Both the position numbers and the translations under genes were made by a program. From positions 96,722,001 to 96,786,000 of the forward strand of contig CM052816.1 of the NCBI GenBank assembly GCA_028534125.1: a DNA stretch of 64,000 bases, in the 5' to 3' direction. The stretch's first letter is position 1, and each line of letters opens with the position of its first letter. Positions 56,126-64,000 of the stretch are shown here, one piece after another. The DNA is from Lama glama. Taxonomy: Eukaryota. The notes beneath the pieces were generated by a model. It made no database searches. It was not told where the DNA came from and saw only the letters and a program-made list of their open reading frames with translations.

Positions 56126-56319
56126 TAGCAGATTATATATTAAAACATTGTTTTAAAGCAACTGACTCATTCACTTATGAGGTCTTCTGGCTTTGATGGA
56201 TGGATGCAAAAGCTGCTGGAATTTCAACACATTTAGACCCTGCAGACCAGTGCTGAGTGGAGGCAGTGAGGCTCCCGGATGCCAGAGCACTGTGTCCCCT
56301 CTAGGAAAGCATCTCTTAC

Positions 56320-56420
56320 CCTCTAGGTATTTAAAGAAAAGAACCCCCTGGTTTTATTTCAACTAGTGTTTTTCTTTCTTTATGGTATAATTTAAGGTGA
56401 AGTCAGGAAAGATTACTTTA
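56320..56420 (-). pseudogene. Fossil exon KVIFPDFTLNYTIKKEKH*LK*NQGVLFFKYLE
   Basis: Acceptor ttatttccag|, donor AGG|GTAAGA; ends phase 1, matching the next exon. Confidence 0.6.
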
Positions 56421-56689
56421 CTGGAAATAACATGCTATGGAAAACAAACAAAATATTTAGTTACATTAAAGCATCAGACACAAAGCCACAGTTCATGACA
56501 TTTCAGGCTTATTAGGGTTTGAAGAACCGTCTGTACAGATGCCTCCCTCTGCATTGCGGTCATTCAGTAATATAGCTGGAAGATACTGCCCAGAGGGGAA
56601 GGATCAGCCTTTTTATTAAAAACTACTTTTTCTCCAGCCACATATGGTCACTGCATTTGTCAAGAGAATATGTTATTGTAAAGATATAC

Positions 56690-56924
56690 CTCAAAGGGTA
56701 AACATTTGAATTGCAAATCCTTAAGGCAAAAAAGTCTAGATTCTGCATGACATTTCAAACATTTTGGTGAGTGGCCAATGACTTTAACTAACAAATGATT
56801 CCCAAAAGTGTTGATGAGCAATCGTTGAGAAAAAAATAAAGGTGTCCATTTTAAAATCAGATCACTTTATGTTTGCAAAAGAGTTTCATGGAAAAAAAAT
56901 TTACTTTAAGACAAGTGTTTTTAA
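56690..56924 (-). pseudogene. Fossil exon (N-terminal module copy 1), disrupted
   Basis: Acceptor ttttttctttgtag| and donor GAG|GTATAT; frames broken by stops and frameshifts. Confidence 0.45.
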
Positions 56925-57149
56925 CTACAAAGAAAAAAGTGAGTAATGGTGCTGAGTATGTTTAGTGGCTTAATCATTTTACGCTGGGTGATTAGCACTT
57001 CGTAATCAATTTCTGTCACTTAGGTGTTGGTTGTTGGGTTAATTGCAGCTTATATTTACATGACATGTGTATTACTTAAAACTTGACATGTAAACATTTA
57101 TATAATTTAAAATACCATTCTAGATTATTGCAATCCCACACTAATCCTT

Positions 57150-57390
57150 TGTGGTGGCCCAGGGGGCCTTGCTCAGATCTCACTCCTTGACAGCGAGCTG
57201 TAAGGAGCACGGTTGGCAGATGTAGCCTCCAGCTTCTAAACCCTGAGAGGCACCACTGAGCTCACACTGAGGCCTCACTCCCTCAGGCTGCTCCTGGCTA
57301 GTAAGCGCTGTGGGGCTCCTAGGACAGGGCCCCTGCTGCCTGATGAGGGACTGCTGTCAGCTGTAATCCCTTTTTTCCAATTTTTTAAAA

Positions 57391-57425
<35 letters not shown>

Positions 57426-57470
57426 CAAATTGCAGAGCCCCGTGGTTGAAGCTTCATAGGGGAACTTCAA
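57150..57470. mobile_element. LTR16-like remnant containing (TG)n
   Basis: tgtggtggcccagggggccttgctcagatct... Confidence 0.45.
57393..57423. repeat. (TG)n microsatellite
   Basis: Direct reading. Confidence 0.95.
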
Positions 57471-57603
57471 GACTGAGTTTACTAGAAAAGAAATTTTTAA
57501 AAAGAGGAGAAAGGGACGACTTAAATTATTCTCATTACTAGAGAGAAAAAAGATGCTCCTAGTTCTACGAGGGAGGGGGTGGAAATCAAAGATTTTCCTG
57601 GAC

Positions 57604-57662
57604 CTGAATTTCCGATAAAGCTTCTCCCCTGATACTTCTCTCGGCGGTGTAGCAGTCATCAT
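57604..57662 (-). pseudogene. Candidate first coding exon, MMTATPPREVSGEKLYRKF(R)
   Basis: ATG at 57662 beside the CpG-rich promoter; donor CAG|GTCCAG (weak); resembles recalled RGS22 N-terminus LTAEPPTITEEEF. Confidence 0.5.
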
Positions 57663-57850
57663 CGCTGTTACCAGTATCCTAAGTTCTCCTCCTTCTAAAA
57701 AGAGTCGCCCTCCTTTCTGGGACCAGGAACTGCGTGTCACTTGCTTTGAGCAGCCAAACGTGAGCAGAAGCGGCTTGCGAGCCTCCGGTTGTCAGGGCTC
57801 ATTCCAGCTCCCGTGGCGGAGGCGTCGTCAGCTGCGGGGCGTGAGGACAG
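57640..57850. promoter_or_regulatory. Small CpG-rich putative bidirectional promoter
   Basis: Local CpG enrichment in AT-rich surroundings, GC box GGGGCGTG at about 57836, CGTCA half-CRE, X-box-like GTTGTCAGGG at 57788 and GTTACC at 57667; lies between two divergent exon chains. Confidence 0.55.
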
Positions 57851-60800
57851 CAGAGCTCAGGGAACTCCCCTACCACACAGTGGTCCACTCCAAACAAAAG
57901 ATAAACTACTGTGGTTTTAGGACACTTAGATTTGAACATTGTTGACTACAGCAGCCTAGTCAGATTTCTCCTGACCGAAACAAGGGTCCCGAATGATGTC
58001 AGAGCCATCTTACCCGCGCTAACATCTGTCCCAAACAACGCCGTCTGCACTGACATTGGCCCGAAATGACTCTTTCTGAACTGGTCCCAGCTAGTAAGGT
58101 AAAAGCCCTAATAAATATTATATGCTGTCTCTTAATAGCACCATTTGATAACTGAGAACTTATCTTTGCTACGTTACTTAGGGAAAGAGACTTTTCAAGA
58201 ATAGAAGGTAATTTATTTCAGGTACGTATGATTTTGTTACTTGTCTTGACTAATTGGTAGAGTGACAATATGTAGGCAATTAGGCAGACTGCTTACCCTA
58301 TCTTCATAAAAATTACTTATTTAAGTCAGGTTTTGACATGTGTTTAATAGCACAGACCAAGACTGTCACAGACAAGAAGTACTCATTTTCCATTCTAAAA
58401 GTCTCAAAAGGACAGTGCCCTGTGCATTTTATTTATGTGTAGGCACATGTTTTCTTTACATTGATGATATTCAGAGATGGACAGAGCCAGGAAAATTTCA
58501 TATCATCCCTGAATTATACTTGTTTTTATGATACTTGTCAAGTAAGCACTTTGTAGTTTACATTTGAACTGAAATACGTTATCAGAAGAAGAGATTAAAG
58601 GAAGTGTCTGCAGAGCAAATTATGAATAAGGCTTTAGATATGTGAAGGCAGGACAGGAAACCAATTACTGTTGAATCTTAACTATCCTGAAGTCATGTGG
58701 CGCAGTGAATACAAGGGATAATCACCAGCTACGCAAGGTAAGCACATTGTAGTCTGTCTGGAGTAGCTATTATTTGTTTCTGAGGGTTTAGAATTCCTCC
58801 CCAGGGCTAACCTTCCCCATGTAGTAATTGCCACAGGTTAATGGTAGGAAAAGATCTAATTTCTGAATTGCACTGGAGCAATTTCTTCTATATTTAACTC
58901 CACTCAATTTGCATCCAAATCACTGTGTCAGGCTTTGAAAAATGGATCCTGTTCATTTCAGAGCTATAACCATATGCATTATGTGACATTTTCTAACATT
59001 ACAAAGCACACTCTTTAAGGTAAAGAATAGCTAGCCAAGATAATAGGATTCTCAACGGTGATTTCTGTTTCGTGTTACTTTTAACCTGTTTGTTTTCTCA
59101 CTAGTTATGTTTTCATCAAACCATCCCTTGTGTGTATTTACAGAACAGTAAAGAAAGTCATCCATCTTAAAATACTGCCAAAGAGGCCTGGATTATTTTC
59201 CACAATTTTCATCACTGTAAGTGATGTATTCACAGCTCTAGTTCTTGTGTGAGTTGATTTTATTGTACTTTTTTTATACGCATTACTTTTCAGCTGATAA
59301 AATCACTAGGTGAAAATTTCCCCGATTTGACATGCCATGAAGTTTGTTGAGTGTCTAGACGTTCTACACTTTGCAGATCGTACAATCTACACATTAGGCA
59401 AATTTTCAAAAACCCCTGGTAAAGAAATGGGTCCTGAAAATGTATATATAGACATGTGTGACACACTGAAGATTCTTGGAAGAAAAACATTACATAAATC
59501 CATTTTCTTAACTATTCTGTATGTAAACTTTAGTGGTTGAATTATGTTATTTTAAGGATTTTTATTGGATAAAATAAGAGAAAATGCAAGCCTATTTGAA
59601 GTAAAAGGAGTATTATGTAACTAGTACACTTTTCTAATAGGCTTGAAAAGTTTCAAGTATATTGTGCTCTTAAAACTGGCCAAATTATAAAGTCTATCTA
59701 AGTATATTATTTTTATGGAAAACAAGGTAAAAAGATAAACCAAAGCTTTATAAATGGAAAAAAAATTACATATTATCCTACACTATGAGTTGATGGGAAA
59801 AAAAAAACTTTTTCAAGCCTCTTGCAGTAATATGTGAGCAAGCTTATTAAAATTTAAGGCGCACACACTCCACGCATGAAATATATCACTCTTTCAGGAA
59901 TATGATTAAATTCTGTCTCCTGAATCATTGGGAACTGAGGGTATGAATCTTTCAGTAGCATACAAGTGGATGATCTTTTGTTTCCTAAATTCTTATTCCT
60001 CTTCAAGTTAAAATTTGGCACAAGAGTCATAGAAGTTGTCTCTCTTTTATAAGTTTACCTAACTTCCAGGACATAACAAAGTTGTCCTCCTAAATCATCA
60101 CAAATAAAATTCAGTCGTAGAGAAGTAATAGTCAAGTTTAATGTGTAAGGTTATAGAGTATTAAACTCTGACTTTCCACTTCTAATACAATTTTTGACCA
60201 AATCAGCAGATATAAAGGGAGATATCTGGAACATAATGTGAACTCCAGGGAGGTGACACTCAGACATCATTAAAGTTTGGAGGTGATCACCTGATGTTTC
60301 ACTCCCTACACACAGCTCCAGTAGATGCAAAGAGCGGAGCACGTGGCACTGAAGGCATGTATGTAAGAAAGATGTAGGTCAAGACATACTCATGAACTTG
60401 ACTCTTCTCATTTGAAAAAGTGCCCCTAAATTTATTTTCATCCCGGTTTTGTATGCCTTTTTGTGAAGCCTATCATATTTTAATAAAATACATTTATTTC
60501 TTCCTTTTGGAGAAATAGCACCCCCCCCAGGAAAACAGTCCAGACCTTGAAGTTAGTTTTCCAGTGATACTGAAAATCCTGTTTCAGCTGAAGCCCAGAT
60601 GATTGGAAAGCAGAGAGGAGCTCAGAAACACTTCTTTGTGGAGTCAGGCTATTAAGTATTCTTCTCTTAAGTATTCCAAATTATTTTTTGGTGATATTAC
60701 TTTAGAATATTTATAAATATCTGAAAAAATAAGGCCCAGTCATTTTTAGAGAGAATTATCTTTGCACTTGTTCTTTGGCAATGATTTTTGCCAAATTTGA

Positions 60801-61208
60801 AATGAATAATTTTTTCACTTCTTTTAAATTTGACAAATGTGTTTGCTTTTAGATTTTTTGTAATTCCATTGAAACTGGAATTGCCTCAAGCTATTTTTAG
60901 AACCTCCTCTTGGAAAGAATCCCAGGTCCCAATTCTAAAGCATATGGATTTTTTAACTGATTGATAAAGTAATTTATACTGTTACCCATTTTGGCAATTA
61001 GTGGGTCACTAACAAAAAAGAAAACCCTTTATCTTTTAGACCCAAGGATGTTTATTATTGACACTATTTTAAATGCATTAAGATCCAATCAAACAGTTCC
61101 ATTTTGATATAGGAAAGCCTAACATTGGAGATGAGACAACACAAAAGATCATTTGTCTTATAAAATATAGCAATATTTGTATTCTAATGCTGAGAAAAGT
61201 GCAATTAT

Positions 61209-61859
61209 TGCTGGCAGACGTAACCAGTGTCCAGGTTCTTGTCCCATCCCAGAAAGAATTCAGAGAAAAGACACAGAGGTTAAGAAAGTAAAGTGAGGAT
61301 TTATTAAGGGATGGATAGTACACTCTCAAGGGGAGGTGGTCAGGCTCAGGTGAGCAGCTGCCCTGAGTTCCTTTGGCAAGTTGGTTGCATAGGGTGTAAA
61401 AATGAATGGACAGAATATTCACTGGGAAGGGGAGGGTTTGGGGTCATATTTGCTTATTTTCATCCCAGCTCCACCTTCCCGAGGGGAGGAGAGACTTTTG
61501 TCCTTATTTAGTCTTGATTGGAAGTGCCATGGCCTCAGTAAGTGATGGGTACTTCCAATCTGCAAGGCTAATTTTATTGAAATGAGGGCATAATGTGCAA
61601 GAGGTTACATTTGGACACTGGATTCCTGCCTTTTCCCATCTTTCTTTGTCTGTCTCCAGGCCTCTCATCACCCCAATAGGTGTGACCCCTTATCAGCCCA
61701 GAGGTTCCTGCTCTTCTTTCTCTGCCCAGGGACCCCTGGTGCTTACGTGATGTGGGGTTTCCTGCATTTGGCCTGAGCCCCTCCTTTCTGCCCAATGTCT
61801 GCTGCTTGGCCTGCATCCCCCTTTCTCTGCTCATATCTAGCTATCTGCCTGCTCTAACA
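61209..61859 (-). mobile_element. ERV solo LTR inserted within a fossil exon
   Basis: TG...CA termini, minus-strand AATAAA at about 61302, similar layout to the LTR at 52638. Confidence 0.8.
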
Positions 61860-62759
61860 AGATCAACTACCCATTTTAAGTTGGTATTTATTTGACCTTT
61901 CAAAATCTATTAAAATTAAAACTGTTTCAATAGAAATTGATATATCCCTTTGGGAGATAAACTACTGGTTCTTTAGTCTTTTTCTTTTCTTTCCTTCTGC
62001 TTTAGATTTTTTTCTTTTGTTTGTTTATTGTATTTTCTCTGTGGGCAGTGGGAATGTTGAGAAAAGGAGAGTTTCCCTTGACCAATCTGATTGGTCATCT
62101 GCTTTTTCCCTGGGGTTCTGTCCTCAGGGACTGCCCAGCAGAGCAGAAAGAGCAGGAGCCGAGAGGCCAGCTTCAGCCCACTGCAAATCTAAGCTTGACC
62201 ACTGCAGGACACTTATTTGGGCCACTAATCCTTTATGCTCAGATTTGTGCCTATGAAATGTCTGTGATAATGACCCCTTGGCAAGTTGTTTTAAGGAACA
62301 AGCTGAAACTCTATGCAAAGATCTTAAACCCAGTGTTTGAAGCAAACTAAGTCCTAGTAAATGGTGGCTCTCATTTCTATGGTTGGTACCAGCTAACTCA
62401 GCTCTGCTGGGCAAATGAAGACAAGACTTTTGATAAGCTCTGGAGCCTCTGACTAGACCACTGTTTCCATGACCTGCTTAAAAACGTTTGCAGGTACCTT
62501 GTGCTTCTGGAAAATGTCCAATCAGAATAGAAAGATTTGATTTTTCCCTTCTGCATTTTTTGACTTGCTGTGTTGAGATCACATGATTTAAAGAAAAATT
62601 TTAAAAGAACACTTGCCTTGAGAATAGAGAGCAGTCTTCTGACAAACTGAACCAGGTCTGAGACTGGCCAAGGCCGGGCACTTGAGAATGCCGCTAGAGC
62701 TGGGGAGTTACTATCATGACCATCATCAATAACGGGAGTGAAGTGCCTTCTGGAGCCTA

Positions 62760-63410
62760 AGAAAGCCCACCCGGGCGCAGGCGGCACCGGCGCCGCCGCT
62801 TCTGTCCAGGCTCTTCTCATCTGCGACCCTGTCATTCGCGCCTGAGCGCACAGACATCGGGGGAGGGGACGCGGCGGCAGCGGCGGCTGCTACGGGGGTG
62901 AAGTGTCACAGTGTGTTCTGACGGAAAGAAAGATGTCGGGGTGTTTTTGGTTGGTACACCCCGTGAGTGCTCTGCAGGGTTTTGTTGGCCAAGTCCTCAT
63001 TTTTTCACAAGGCCAACGGGAGCAGAGTGTCTCGAAGCCCCTTGGGTCATTCCTCCCGCAGCCACTGGTAGTGGGGACACATTAAGGAAGGAGGGAGAAC
63101 AGGTGCAAGGACTGTGATCATCTTGGCTGTGTTCCCAACAGTGATTTAATAGCTGCTCTGAGCTGTGACGATTGACCCATCGCAAGGCTGACAGTCTCTA
63201 CATGCTCAGAAGTAAGAAGCCTGAAGTGGGACGGAAAGCAGCGGACTGGAAGTGTGGAAAAGGGGGGCGCTTTGTATTCAGTGGAATAAATGGGACCTGT
63301 CGCTATCCGAGGGTCCTTACCGGCCGTAGTCCAGTATCTGTGGCCCCGATACATCTACCTCTGACCTCTGTCAACTCCTTTCGTGGATTTCCTCTGCCTG
63401 TCCGCCTCTT
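62760..63410. promoter_or_regulatory. CpG-rich block (orphan CpG island or inserted promoter-like sequence)
   Basis: Dense CpG and GCGGCGGC repeats at 62760-62900, an NRF1-like CGCGCCTGAGCGCA, and further CpGs to about 63410 in otherwise AT-rich DNA. Confidence 0.55.
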
Positions 63411-64000
63411 GATTAGGGCTAGATTAGGACTAAGGCAAATTTTAATTTTGAAAATAAATGTATTTGTAGTGGCTTCATTTCATTTAAAAAAAGGGGAGGA
63501 ATAATTTTTCAACAAAAATTTTCTACAATATTTCTTGATACAAAGAAGCTTTACTCTTAAAAATTGGTTTCTCACCAAAATACAAAACTAGGATAATGCA
63601 GAAATTGCTTTAAGTCACTCAAGTATGTCTTAACAAGGCACTGGTTCCATTGTTTGACATTTACATTTTTCATAACTTTTCTATTTCCTTTTACCTCTGT
63701 GATCGAGTAGTGGAATTTCTCATGTGTTCTGAAAGATTCTGATATCCCGATAGACGTCAGCCTCGCACATTTAATTGTGTGAAAAGCTTCTTCATGTTGA
63801 CTGATATTTTTGTGTAAAGTGAATACTACATATGATGGATGGCACATAAAAATATCAATAACCCAACTGTGAAGCACATTTTAATGACTGCAGTTAGGGA
63901 GGAAGGAGTGTACAAGGTTGCTCCCAGTGTGTTCTTAAAACACTCTGGGTTCTAGGCTAAGATTTTAAATCTCTTGCGTCTGGTTGTCTACCTGCTGCCG

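Larger units (their letters stand above)
1407..57662 (-). pseudogene. Decayed multi-exon (unitary-type) pseudogene of the RGSL1/RGS22 multi-RGS-domain family
   Basis: About 35 minus-strand segments bounded by AG/GT(GC) splice sites, many with mutually consistent phases. Translations contain stops and frameshifts but keep colinear motifs resembling recalled RGS22/RGSL1 sequence (TATPP; D..F..FF...LLP..EAV; LYA..FGGKPF; SFYQKLCHK; YWKFCFHFV.LICCY..KEF; LLTVN.FLLND; P.LIC..WKR|F). Confidence 0.75.
58351..63868 (+). pseudogene. Second decayed multi-exon gene of unknown family, probably continuing beyond the window
   Basis: Exons 58351-58541, 58586-58737, 59144-59216, 59294-59518, 60210-60358, 61083-61208 plus 61860-61883, tentative 60519-60655 and 63711-63868. 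Phase-consistent chain TVKKVIHLKILPKRPGLFSTIFIT|LIKSLGENFPDLTCH/MKFVECLDVLHF...SIFLTIL|YKGRYLEHNVN...ALKA|YPIKQFHFDIG with stops and a frameshift. Confidence 0.65.

Noticed and set aside
62640..62735. TGATGA as a C/D snoRNA box C on the minus strand
   Set aside because: No suitably placed CTGA box D or terminal stem.
63118..63185. MGQSSQLRAAIK as a retroviral Gag start
   Set aside because: Stops after about 20 codons; no PBS, adjacent LTR or downstream Gag motifs seen.
1..64000. CRISPR arrays, operons, tRNA or rRNA genes
   Set aside because: None seen; the sequence is mammalian and its repeats are microsatellites and transposons.

Overview
Mammalian genomic DNA, AT-rich and transposon-rich, with two 500-N assembly gaps. 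The young L1 3' ends resemble camelid L1 as I recall it, so the species call is an inference. I find no intact protein-coding gene, and the ORF track is mostly noise, L1 fragments or gap artefacts. Manual splice-site reading shows a heavily decayed multi-exon gene on the minus strand spanning almost the whole window (about 57662 to 1407). It has about 35 candidate exons, roughly 6 kb of fossil CDS, many phase-consistent junctions, and scattered stops and frameshifts. Its translated fragments match, in colinear order, motifs I recall from RGSL1 and RGS22. It appears to carry about three tandem copies of the RGS22/RGSL1 N-terminal module, so it looks like a lost, larger paralog. Head-to-head with it, across a small CpG-rich promoter at about 57.6-57.9 kb, is a second decayed spliced gene of unknown family on the plus strand, one exon of which is split by an LTR. 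A CpG-rich block of unexplained origin lies at about 62.0-63.4 kb. All protein-family comparisons are from memory and need tblastn/HMM confirmation.
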